Source: a virus
Reading direction: 5' to 3' (one strand)
Virus record (IMG/VR): IMGVR_UViG_3300020196_000026
Span: 5,102 to 69,101 of that record
Length of the DNA: 64,000 bases
Shown: positions 18,006 to 25,941 of the stretch, piece by piece
How the letters are laid out: the number at the start of each line of letters is the position of its first letter
Numbering within the stretch: position 1 is the stretch's first letter
Notes under the pieces: generated by a model
Database searches by the model: none
Told to the model about the DNA's origin: nothing
What the model saw: only the letters and a program-made list of their open reading frames with translations
Made by a program: the position numbers and the translations under genes

Positions 18006-19100
18006 ATGATTAAAGTATCAAACAGCCTTCAACGTATGCTTGAGAAGCGTGCTAATACTGGATTTCTAGGGGCTCCAACTGGGTCGCCTATTTCGGATCC
18101 GGATGATCTTAAGTTGAGGTTAGGGGTACGCCCAGAACACGATTGGGCGACAAGTAAAGCCCCTGATCCAGAATCCCGTGGTGAATACTACGGTACGAGG
18201 CCTACTCTACCGCCTGATAATAATACACCTGCCTCTAGGATGTATCCGAATTACTATACATTGCATCCTACCACCCCTAGAGCAGATTTTGAGCGGAACT
18301 ACGGCGATGAATTGACTGAGCGGCTAAGGCAAAACGCTAGGGCATACCAGGAAGCACACCCCCAGGCAATGGCTAGGTATGGGGCAACTAGCTATATGCC
18401 AAATTACTCTCTAGTAAACTTTGATGCGCCCCATTGGGTTAGGCAGTTAAGGGAAGTAGACGGGGAAGCATCAATGGAGGCTTATACTTATAACAGGGCC
18501 TTTCCACACCACCAGGCGATAGTCCATATGGCTCTGAATCCTTCTGATCCTGACTATGGTACCTTTGATAATCCGACAGATTATTACAACTCAATCTTAC
18601 AGCACGAGTCTACCCATAGATTGCAGCCTGCTGAGTATCTCGACAGCAGAGGGCGTCCAGTAAGGAAGCAAAGAGTACTGCCTGGAGAAGATCCGGCACA
18701 AGTTTATAATTACGGGCAGACGACTCCTCCGGCTCCAGTCGTCCCGCGGACTCTAGTCGGCCTCCTAAGCTCAGCTTTTGACCTAAGCCCAAGGGAGCCC
18801 TACAGGCATAGCCGCTTCCCTCAGGAGCTAGCACCCATGGTGTCTCAGGCTAAGTTACAGTACTATAACGATCTGAGAAGGACTTCATCGCTCAGCAATG
18901 TTGAGGAACTTATGAACTTTAACGACCCCAATAACTATGAACGGTTCTTAAGTTGGATGAAGTCCCAAAATGGCACGGCTGGCCAAGAAAACTATGCAAG
19001 AGACATCAATTGGATTCTCAAGCTTCCACCTGAAGAACGAGATCTTTACTTTAAAGGAATTGTTTCTCGTCAACCCATCTCTACTGAGTATAGGGTATGA
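18006..19100 (+). CDS. MIKVS-leader protein with zincin-like HExxH motif
   Basis: MIKVSNSLQRMLEKRA leader; ILQHESTHRLQ, with a downstream PQELAP glutamate. Confidence 0.65.
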   Translation: MIKVSNSLQRMLEKRANTGFLGAPTGSPISDPDDLKLRLGVRPEHDWATSKAPDPESRGEYYGTRPTLPPDNNTPASRMYPNYYTLHPTTPRADFERNYGDELTERLRQNARAYQEAHPQAMARYGATSYMPNYSLVNFDAPHWVRQLREVDGEASMEAYTYNRAFPHHQAIVHMALNPSDPDYGTFDNPTDYYNSILQHESTHRLQPAEYLDSRGRPVRKQRVLPGEDPAQVYNYGQTTPPAPVVPRTLVGLLSSAFDLSPREPYRHSRFPQELAPMVSQAKLQYYNDLRRTSSLSNVEELMNFNDPNNYERFLSWMKSQNGTAGQENYARDINWILKLPPEERDLYFKGIVSRQPISTEYRV

Positions 19101-19139
19101 TTCTAATCTTTACTCGTAAAGATTCATGGTAAACAGTCA

Positions 19140-19784
19140 ATGGCTAAACAAAAGAACAATATTAGCAAAGCCATTGAGCAGGCAGTCAATATATCCAAAC
19201 TGCCAGGGGGTGTGCTTGAGAAAGCTACAGTTACGGATGGCGGCTTAGATCAAACTCCACTTAGAAGCGCAGAAGATTTAAAGCAGCAATTCTTCGGTCC
19301 TACGTTATGGAACAAACAGCGCTTTTGGGAGCTGGGAGACTCTGCTCTATATCAGAGTGCCTATGGGCTACCTGCAGCTGGTCTTGGTGCTCTTGCTGCT
19401 GGCCCTGCGGGTATGCTTGCTGGCTTAGGTACAGGCAAACTGTTGGGACAGCTGCATTTACTTTCTAAGGAAGAAGATCGTATAGCTGTTGCTCTCAATA
19501 ACTTCAATAAAAAAGAAAAGGAGTTGCTGGAAGACATTACTAGCTCTGGTAGAAAATGGGGCATTACTGCCGCTATTCTTTCCGGACTTGGAGCTAGTGG
19601 TATAAGTTATTTATCTGGTCATGACCGTTTTGGTAAGATTATTACTCCAATACTACATGGCGGAGTTGCAGCAACTTTAGCTGGAGTTAGTGGAATGCTA
19701 TTAGGCCAACATCTGGCTAAGCAACGAGCTTTGAAGAATAAAAGGTTTAGAGATATAATTAAACATTACGATAAGTTTGAATAA
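19140..19784 (+). CDS. Glycine-zipper membrane protein
   Basis: GLPAAGLGALAAGPAGMLAGLGTG plus two more Gly-rich helices. Confidence 0.7.
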   Translation: MAKQKNNISKAIEQAVNISKLPGGVLEKATVTDGGLDQTPLRSAEDLKQQFFGPTLWNKQRFWELGDSALYQSAYGLPAAGLGALAAGPAGMLAGLGTGKLLGQLHLLSKEEDRIAVALNNFNKKEKELLEDITSSGRKWGITAAILSGLGASGISYLSGHDRFGKIITPILHGGVAATLAGVSGMLLGQHLAKQRALKNKRFRDIIKHYDKFE

Positions 19785-19806
19785 AGTAAATTATTAAAGA
19801 ACAATT

Positions 19807-19857
19807 ATGCAACCATATTCTCATCATTCCCCTTACTACAAGCAGCCGGTTGCATAA
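19807..19857 (+). pseudogene. Orphan PYSH leader mini-ORF
   Basis: MQPYSHHSPYYKQPVA*, paralogous to MTPYTHHSPEYRQVSA at 19877. Confidence 0.7.
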
Positions 19858-19876
19858 TGACTAGAGCGCCAAAGTT

Positions 19877-20563
19877 ATGACCCCGTACACCCATCACTCT
19901 CCTGAATACAGGCAGGTATCCGCTAGATCCAAGCAAGCCTTCATTGGTACAGGGCTCAGTGCTTTAATTCACGGTGCTGCTGCAGATGATAAAGAATCGC
20001 TCATGCGAGAAATCCTTCGCGGCGCAGCCAAGGGTTTAGGTGCAGACCTAGGCATACTACTCGGAGGCTTTGCAGGAGGGAGTTTAGGGGCGTATGGTGC
20101 GAACGCCGTATACGGTCCGGTAACTGAAGATGAGGATATTAAAAAACGTGTTAATGACGTTGCAATGTATGGTGCAGCCGGAATGGGTGCAGGCGGATTA
20201 GGTGGCGGCATCGCTGGATATCTTCTCGCGAATAAGCTGATCAATCAGATTGGCAAGAAGCCAGAAAAGACCTCTGCAGTAAAGACAGCGGGGATTTTAG
20301 ATTTTATAGAAGGGCTAGTTCGTAGCTATAGTGGCAGTTTGCCATATGCTTACGGGGCAGGCGGATTACTAACTGGGGGGTTGGTAGGAGCTGGGGTAGG
20401 CCCTTTGGTAGAGTACTTCCGGGACAAGAAGGAAAAAGACTATAAAAGAGCTTTGCTAATTGGGTTGGGGCTAGGTGCCGGTACTGGTGGCTTACTTGGT
20501 GCAGGTACTGGCATTATTGCAAAAGAGGGAATAAACTCTGCCCTAGACTCAATTAAACGTTAA
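19877..20563 (+). CDS. PYTHH-leader protein with two glycine-zipper hairpin modules
   Basis: Leader ends SKQA; second module starts after EKTSAVKTA. Confidence 0.75.
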   Translation: MTPYTHHSPEYRQVSARSKQAFIGTGLSALIHGAAADDKESLMREILRGAAKGLGADLGILLGGFAGGSLGAYGANAVYGPVTEDEDIKKRVNDVAMYGAAGMGAGGLGGGIAGYLLANKLINQIGKKPEKTSAVKTAGILDFIEGLVRSYSGSLPYAYGAGGLLTGGLVGAGVGPLVEYFRDKKEKDYKRALLIGLGLGAGTGGLLGAGTGIIAKEGINSALDSIKR

Positions 20564-20661
20564 TATTTACTATAAAAATCGGATTGGCAAGAAGCCAGAA
20601 AAACTTCTTTGGAATTGCTTTAAACAGTAGCAATTAAACACATTTTATAGATAATTTTTAG

Positions 20662-20691
20662 TCCACCAACTAATCATTGGTGGATTTTTTT
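20662..20691 (+). terminator. Rho-independent terminator ending the cargo/RNAP block
   Basis: tccaccaa-ctaatca-ttggtgga followed by a T tract. Confidence 0.75.
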
Positions 20692-20759
20692 ATAGCTAAA
20701 TAAAGGTCACTATATAGTTAAAATAACTAGTCGCATTCATTCGCCATTAGGATACTCTC

Positions 20760-21170
20760 ATGAAGATGAAAAACACCGTTAAAACTTTGGTTCTTAGCAG
20801 TCATTTATTTCCTCAAGGAATCAAAGCGTGCATAGTTTTGAATACTTGGGGATCTGTCGGCACGCGCTATTTCGGCCAGCACTATTGTGGATATTTGGAG
20901 CTTCCTAAAACTTATGGAACATTGGTTTTGGTTCCTCAAAGCAATATAGGCGTTCATGGTGGCGTGACATATGATAAGCTGTCGGAAGACGGCAAAAGAA
21001 TTATAGGCTTTGACTGCGGTCATAGCTGTGATTACACTTCGCATAAAGCAAACTGGCACGCTCCTATGAGCGCCATGAATTTTAGAACTCAAACTTACGT
21101 GATTAATGAGTTGCGTCACCTCGTGTCTTTGCTGGAAACTGACCGTCTTTTTGTTAACAAATCTTTATAA
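20760..21170 (+). CDS. Conserved phage hypothetical protein
   Basis: HYCGY...VHGGVTY...IGFDCGH pattern common in small phage proteins. Confidence 0.65.
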   Translation: MKMKNTVKTLVLSSHLFPQGIKACIVLNTWGSVGTRYFGQHYCGYLELPKTYGTLVLVPQSNIGVHGGVTYDKLSEDGKRIIGFDCGHSCDYTSHKANWHAPMSAMNFRTQTYVINELRHLVSLLETDRLFVNKSL

Positions 21171-21203
21171 AATATACCGGTCCGGGAATAATTCCTCTTT
21201 TAT

Positions 21204-21250
21204 GGGGGGGCTGACTTTTCTTGTAGGAAAGAACCAGCCTCCCCTTTTTT
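21204..21250 (+). terminator. GC-rich hairpin with T tract
   Basis: gggggggctg...cagcctcccc followed by tttttt. Confidence 0.6.
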
Positions 21251-21381
21251 CTTCAAATGCTAAAAAAAATAGAAGCAGTAATGGAGTGGTGGTTAAAGCA
21301 TACTCCACGTTGGATGCAGCCCAAGCTGTTCTGGGTTGTATATTACAAGGCTCTCAACATTCTTTTCATAGGACAGCACAG

Positions 21382-21753
21382 ATGAAACTGGAAGCGGTTA
21401 TATTGTACCCTGGTGGTAATACTGGAATCGTTCGTAAGGAGCTAAATTCCGTGGCCATTCACGGTTTCCCTGGCACCGGCCAAGGCCCCGTGACGGTGAC
21501 GGAGGATGCTGCAGTTAGTGAGGGTGATCAGACAGTGCGAGCAGAGAACCGTCACCGTCAACAGTCAAACATGGGTAGGTCTGCTCCGCCAACCCCTGTC
21601 TTTGCTCGAGATGTGGACTACGCGGTGTATGGCAAGGCCATTTTCTTGTCTGCGCAGAATGGCAAGGAGCAAAGTGTTCCTAAGTGGGTAGACTACACGT
21701 TTAGTCAGGCCCTAAATGAGCTCACCCTACGAAACTACGCAAAGAGATTTTGA
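21382..21753 (+). CDS. Hypothetical protein (likely true start of ORF 21106..21753)
   Basis: In-frame ATG (MKLEAVILYPGG) downstream of the terminator and an AGGA motif. Confidence 0.55.
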   Translation: MKLEAVILYPGGNTGIVRKELNSVAIHGFPGTGQGPVTVTEDAAVSEGDQTVRAENRHRQQSNMGRSAPPTPVFARDVDYAVYGKAIFLSAQNGKEQSVPKWVDYTFSQALNELTLRNYAKRF

Positions 21754-21857
21754 AGACTCAATAAATTTCAAGATTTTATGATCTTGAATTATTTTATCCT
21801 GAGGTATGTCAGGCTCATGATAATTGTTCATTGAGAGCGAGGTCTAAACTTTTCGTT

Positions 21858-21930
21858 GCGCTTGTAGCTCAGCTGGTAGAGCAAGTGACTTTTAATCACT
21901 GGGTCCTGGGTTCGAATCCCAGCGAGCGCA
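21858..21930 (+). tRNA. tRNA-Lys (anticodon UUU)
   Basis: Acceptor GCGCTTG/CGAGCGC, D-arm AGCTCAGCTGGTAGAGC, anticodon arm AGTGA-CTTTTAA-TCACT, T-loop TTCGAAT; no encoded CCA. Confidence 0.95.
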
Positions 21931-21932
21931 TT

Positions 21933-22015
21933 GCCCTGATGGCGGAATGGCATACGCAGCAGACTTAAAATCTGCAACCGTAAAAGGTATGTGGGTTCAA
22001 GTCCCACTCAGGGCA
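21933..22015 (+). tRNA. tRNA-Leu (anticodon UAA)
   Basis: Acceptor GCCCTGA/TCAGGGC, anticodon arm GCAGA-CTTAAAA-TCTGC, long variable arm, T-loop TTCAAGT. Confidence 0.95.
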
Positions 22016-22039
22016 CATCTTTTAAACATAGGAGGCACT

Positions 22040-22309
22040 ATGAGTAAAAAAGATTTTATTTTGAAGGTGAGGATAGCTAAATCTGAGGCTACAAATTTGA
22101 GTCGTTTACCCACTTTTCTTGATATCTTAGAGGAGTCTGATACAGCGCCCCCCGCTGAAGTAACAGTTGTATTTGGAACCAAAAGTTCGTACAAATTTTT
22201 AATACGTTTGGCGAATGGAATAAAAGCAGGAGATTACAATACTGCGCTTCCGACGTCTATGACCATAGAGTATCACGGGTCGTATGCAAATAATTCATAT
22301 TATAGATAG
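22040..22309 (+). CDS. Hypothetical protein
   Basis: GGAGG Shine-Dalgarno before ATG 22040; the longer ORF call overlaps tRNA-Leu. Confidence 0.6.
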   Translation: MSKKDFILKVRIAKSEATNLSRLPTFLDILEESDTAPPAEVTVVFGTKSSYKFLIRLANGIKAGDYNTALPTSMTIEYHGSYANNSYYR

Positions 22310-22315
22310 GCAACA

Positions 22316-22558
22316 ATGTTAAAAAGTAAATCCAGAAAATCAATAATAACTAATACGGACTACGAAACTCGTAGAAGTCGAGCATTGTTTTTTGTACGGA
22401 TAGTGGGGCTAATTTGTCTCGTAGCGGTTTTGGTGATCATTGGAGTGGCGCTGCCTATATATCTGATATGGCAAGGCGAATGGGTTGGGATATTGGGATT
22501 GTTACTTTACAGCATTCTTTTGTTATTTGGAAAGGTCATTAATAATTGCATTCAATGA
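22316..22558 (+). CDS. Small 2-TM membrane protein
   Basis: Two hydrophobic helices. Confidence 0.6.
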   Translation: MLKSKSRKSIITNTDYETRRSRALFFVRIVGLICLVAVLVIIGVALPIYLIWQGEWVGILGLLLYSILLLFGKVINNCIQ

Positions 22559-22585
22559 GTTAATATAATTTATTAGGAATTACTT

Positions 22586-22963
22586 ATGTATCCTAACTAT
22601 ACTTTTGTGAATGTAAAAAGAGTGAAGCTTCCAAAAGGCTGGGTAATGTTAGGGGTCGATCTTCTTCATGAATTTCATGACCTCAAGCAAAAACAGATTC
22701 TAGATGATTCATTTTTGGTGTGTGGAATGCAAGAAAGATTTGGAAAACTGGATGTGCAGTGCTGCAACGCTCCTTTAGTGGTAGAGCGTTTGATATCTGA
22801 ATTCTCTATTCAAGCTGAGAGTACGTGCCAAGACTGCGGTTATTTCTTAGCAGTATTACACAAGAGAAACAATTGGGTGAGAGTTTTGTGCGCAGATTGC
22901 GCTCTTAAATCAAACTATAGGCTTATGACTTCGAATTCTAATCTTACTCATCGACCCCGTTGA
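22586..22963 (+). CDS. Conserved phage protein with C-terminal Zn ribbon
   Basis: QERFGKL...TCQDCG...WVRVLCADC. Confidence 0.6.
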   Translation: MYPNYTFVNVKRVKLPKGWVMLGVDLLHEFHDLKQKQILDDSFLVCGMQERFGKLDVQCCNAPLVVERLISEFSIQAESTCQDCGYFLAVLHKRNNWVRVLCADCALKSNYRLMTSNSNLTHRPR

Positions 22964-22983
22964 GTGCGAACGGGCGTATTACC

Positions 22984-23032
22984 CAGGCCTGGGGCAGGAA
23001 GCGTCTCTTCTTCCCCAGGTCTGTGGTTTTTT
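22984..23032 (+). terminator. Long hairpin with T tract
   Basis: caggcctgggg...ccccaggtctg then tggtttttt; preceded by the hairpin cccgtt...aacggg (22956-22974). Confidence 0.6.
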
Positions 23033-23076
23033 AATGTTAGTCAAGACAAATATCTAAACAATTAAAAAGGACCTAA

Positions 23077-23325
23077 ATGAACAGATACAGTATTTTAGAA
23101 TATACATTTGCATGCTTTTACGTATTTGCTCTTTCTGCAATTTCATTTGCAGTTGGCGCAGGAATAATGTGGCTTTTCAGCGACATCTTAAAAGCTTCGC
23201 CTTATTGGGTTGCTGGTACGATGGGGGTTATATATGGCTTTAGTTATGCCCTTTGGTTCTTTGATAAATTAGAATCTAAATCATATAACGCCAGAAAGGC
23301 AGGCAAGTATGACGCAAGCAGATAA
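23077..23325 (+). CDS. Small 2-TM membrane protein
   Basis: AAGGA SD; two hydrophobic helices. Confidence 0.6.
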   Translation: MNRYSILEYTFACFYVFALSAISFAVGAGIMWLFSDILKASPYWVAGTMGVIYGFSYALWFFDKLESKSYNARKAGKYDASR

Positions 23326-23530
23326 CACTAGCAAGGTTCGCTATCCGAACATCAGTGTTAAACTGGTAGGACAGGACGGCAATGCGTTCGCAATCCTCGG
23401 TCGTGTTGGGGAGGCATTGAAGCGCGGCGGAGTATCGAAGGAGGAGCGCGACTTATTCTTCAAGCAAGCGACGGTGGGCGATTACAACCATCTGCTGGTA
23501 ACTTGCATGGAGTGGGTGAGTGATAACTAA
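23309..23530 (+). CDS. Conserved small phage protein
   Basis: LVGQDGNAFAILGRV...GDYNHLL pattern. Confidence 0.65.
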   Translation: MTQADNTSKVRYPNISVKLVGQDGNAFAILGRVGEALKRGGVSKEERDLFFKQATVGDYNHLLVTCMEWVSDN

Positions 23531-23700
23531 TGAAAACAAAACAATACCAACCACACCAACCCAAGACAGGACAACCGTGTCAGTGCAAACGCGGACAACA
23601 ACGTGATAACTGCCCACGATGTGAGGGCACTGGATGGGTGATTGACTTCCAAGCCATTCGAGTTGGCCACCAATCTAAACTCGTAGTTCAAGTCAAATAA
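23530..23700 (+). CDS. 56-aa Zn-finger protein (not in the ORF track)
   Basis: MKTKQYQPHQPKTGQPCQCKRGQQRDNCPRCEGTGWVIDF...; its ATG overlaps the previous stop and its stop abuts the next ATG. Confidence 0.65.
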   Translation: MKTKQYQPHQPKTGQPCQCKRGQQRDNCPRCEGTGWVIDFQAIRVGHQSKLVVQVK

Positions 23701-24216
23701 ATGTCTTCTATGAGTAAACGCAATCTCTTAATTGACCGCGATTGGGAACTACGTTTAGTGGATAAAGTATGCGACGACATACGCTCTACTTTCAATGTTG
23801 AGCACTGTGCCGTTCTGCAACTTAGTTACGAATACTCGGGTCTGCTAGCGCAACTCATGGCTCATAAACTAAGTTATGCAGATGGGCCACTTGATATAGA
23901 GCCAGTAAATATCCCGTATGCGAATGAGTTCTCTGTTCACATTCATCCTGATCAACTTGATCCGTATGAGAGGTTCATTGTGGTGGACTCAGGATGCCTC
24001 AGTGGTAAAAACTTTACCAACGTGGAACGCATATTGCTTGACTACGGGTTTGCTCGTAGCCATTTGTGTTTTTGTTGTTTGGCTACCGATTTGAACTCAC
24101 GCTTTAAGCCAGATGTTTGCCCCCTGTGGTTTAACGGAGATACTGATATGGTTCACTTTTGGTGGGAAACTAAAACTTCCCATTTCAATACTAAATATAG
24201 TGGAGACCGGCTATGA
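23701..24216 (+). CDS. Phosphoribosyltransferase-fold protein
   Basis: PRPP-loop-like FIVVDSGCLSGKNF; C-terminal FWWE. Confidence 0.6.
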   Translation: MSSMSKRNLLIDRDWELRLVDKVCDDIRSTFNVEHCAVLQLSYEYSGLLAQLMAHKLSYADGPLDIEPVNIPYANEFSVHIHPDQLDPYERFIVVDSGCLSGKNFTNVERILLDYGFARSHLCFCCLATDLNSRFKPDVCPLWFNGDTDMVHFWWETKTSHFNTKYSGDRL

Positions 24217-24446
24217 GATGTGTTATTTGCGCAGAGCCAATGCCTAGACTGTATTACGATTCTGGGCAGAGTGTATGTGAAGCGTGCTCTCCTAGAGATA
24301 ATACTCCGCAAACAATGGAGCGATTATGGGGGCCTAAATGTTCATCAAATTTTGATCAGGATTGCGTTATTTGCCATGCATGGAGATTCTTCGAGGCAAA
24401 GGGTTTAGTGCCAACTGTAGAGGACGTTTTTTTTGACTTTGACTAG
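24213..24446 (+). CDS. Cys-rich Zn-binding hypothetical protein
   Basis: CxxC...CxxC...CxxC motifs. Confidence 0.55.
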   Translation: MRCVICAEPMPRLYYDSGQSVCEACSPRDNTPQTMERLWGPKCSSNFDQDCVICHAWRFFEAKGLVPTVEDVFFDFD

Positions 24447-24470
24447 AGGCTGAGATATGCTTCTAAACAT

Positions 24471-24831
24471 GGGCCTGAACAGGTATCGACTGGTGAGTAG
24501 TTTCATGAAGAGCAAGCCGGAGTTGGTCGAAAGGCTCCGCAAAAAGTCGACTAAATTAAGACTGCCAATGAATGGTATGTCCCCTCTGAGTCCCCTGCTC
24601 TCGTAGCAGCCTGACTTGGAACCCTGGGCAGGACGCCTGCTAGACGTCCAGGGCTAATCAGCAGGATACGATGGTGGAGGCTTCGAACCAACCCCATTGA
24701 GAATTGATCTCGAATATGTTCTGAGCACCCTGTCCATGGGGGGCAAAGGAATGAAATTAAATCATGGAATAAGCTTGTAGCGCTTCATGTGATTTTCATA
24801 CAGCACGGGGGTTCGATTCCCCCCGGGTCCA
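24471..24831 (+). ncRNA. ssrA: tmRNA
   Basis: 5' GGGCCTG...TCGAC and 3' GGGGGTTCGATTCCCCCCGGGTCCA with a G3.U70 Ala identity pair; internal tag ORF 24564-24614 ANEWYVPSESPALVAA*. Confidence 0.93.
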
Positions 24832-24950
24832 CTAAGTCCATGTGTCGGAGCATGGCGGGAGGGCGCTGCGCATTCCTAAATAACGCAGCAATATTTTTAT
24901 CAAAAGAATCTAACGTAGATCTATGTTCGCATCTAACTAAGGATAGTTAA

Positions 24951-25181
24951 ATGTTAAAAGCTAAGGAAAATGTTAAAATTGGAAATTTGGCACTCACCAT
25001 CCGCTCTAATGAGATCTGCGTATTTACAGATTCAAGTGGAGCTGTTTTGGCTAAGATTTCTATTGGGCATAATTGTCGTATATCCAAAGCCCCAATTTTC
25101 ATTCAGGCTCCCGTGAATATTCGAGTGTCCCGAAAACCGGCACCAAGGGTGTCTAATGTGGCGGGAACACATGTTGTTTGA
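24951..25181 (+). CDS. CsrA/RsmA-like RNA-binding regulator (divergent)
   Basis: LALTIRSNE...KISI...IFIQAPVNIRVSR parallels the CsrA pattern LxLTRxxGE...IGIxAPxxVxIxR. Confidence 0.55.
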   Translation: MLKAKENVKIGNLALTIRSNEICVFTDSSGAVLAKISIGHNCRISKAPIFIQAPVNIRVSRKPAPRVSNVAGTHVV

Positions 25182-25214
25182 AAGTCAATAGAAAAATCTT
25201 TCAAAGGACAAAGA

Positions 25215-25901
25215 ATGAACATATTTGCAGTACATAACGATCCAATAGTATCAGCTTGCACTCTGTGCGATAAACATATATTAAAGATGATTGTGGAGAC
25301 CGCCCAGCTGTTGTCCACAGCAAAACGGCTATTGGATGGAACTCTAGTTATAGGTAAGAGCGCAACCGGCAGAAACGTCAAGCGTTGGAAGCTGGCTGAT
25401 GTAGACTTAGAGGCAGTAATCTACCAGGCTGGCTATGTAGACCACCCATCTGCAATCTGGTGTCGTAGCACAGACTCCAATTACTGGTGGCTACAAGCGC
25501 ACGGTTGGGCCATGTGTCAAGAGTACACTCGTAGGTATGGTAAGACGCACAAAACTCAAGCAGTGATGGAGGTCCTTAGCCGTAAACCGGATAATATCCG
25601 TATAGGTACTTTGGAATCGTTTGCCCTAGCTATGCCAGATGAATTTAAATTGCCTGATTCGGTAGATGCCTATCGAAATTATTACATCAAGGCAAAGTCT
25701 CGATTTGCTTACTGGAAAGACCAATACACGGTTCCATATTGGTTCTGGGAAGGCTGTAAGAAAGAAGGAGTAGTCTTTAAGAATGACTCTCCGGATCTGG
25801 ATTATCTGATGAGCATTACTCAAAATACGCAACACGAGCAAACAACTACTCAAAACCACAATCACTATTTGTCTAGGCTTAAACTATTAATTAATACTTA
25901 A
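25215..25901 (+). CDS. Pyrimidine-dimer DNA glycosylase (DenV-like family)
   Basis: MNIF...CDKHILKMIVETAQLLS...HPSAIW...EYTRRYGKTHK...AMPDEFK...AYRNYY. Confidence 0.8.
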   Translation: MNIFAVHNDPIVSACTLCDKHILKMIVETAQLLSTAKRLLDGTLVIGKSATGRNVKRWKLADVDLEAVIYQAGYVDHPSAIWCRSTDSNYWWLQAHGWAMCQEYTRRYGKTHKTQAVMEVLSRKPDNIRIGTLESFALAMPDEFKLPDSVDAYRNYYIKAKSRFAYWKDQYTVPYWFWEGCKKEGVVFKNDSPDLDYLMSITQNTQHEQTTTQNHNHYLSRLKLLINT

Positions 25902-25941
25902 AGACAACGCTAATATTGTTAAAATAATTTACGGACTATTT

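Noticed and set aside
21106-21381. N-terminal extension of ORF 21106..21753
   Set aside because: It starts at TTG inside the previous gene and crosses a terminator hairpin; ATG 21382 is more plausible.
21947-22039. N-terminal extension of ORF 21947..22309
   Set aside because: It overlaps tRNA-Leu; ATG 22040 has a clear GGAGG SD.
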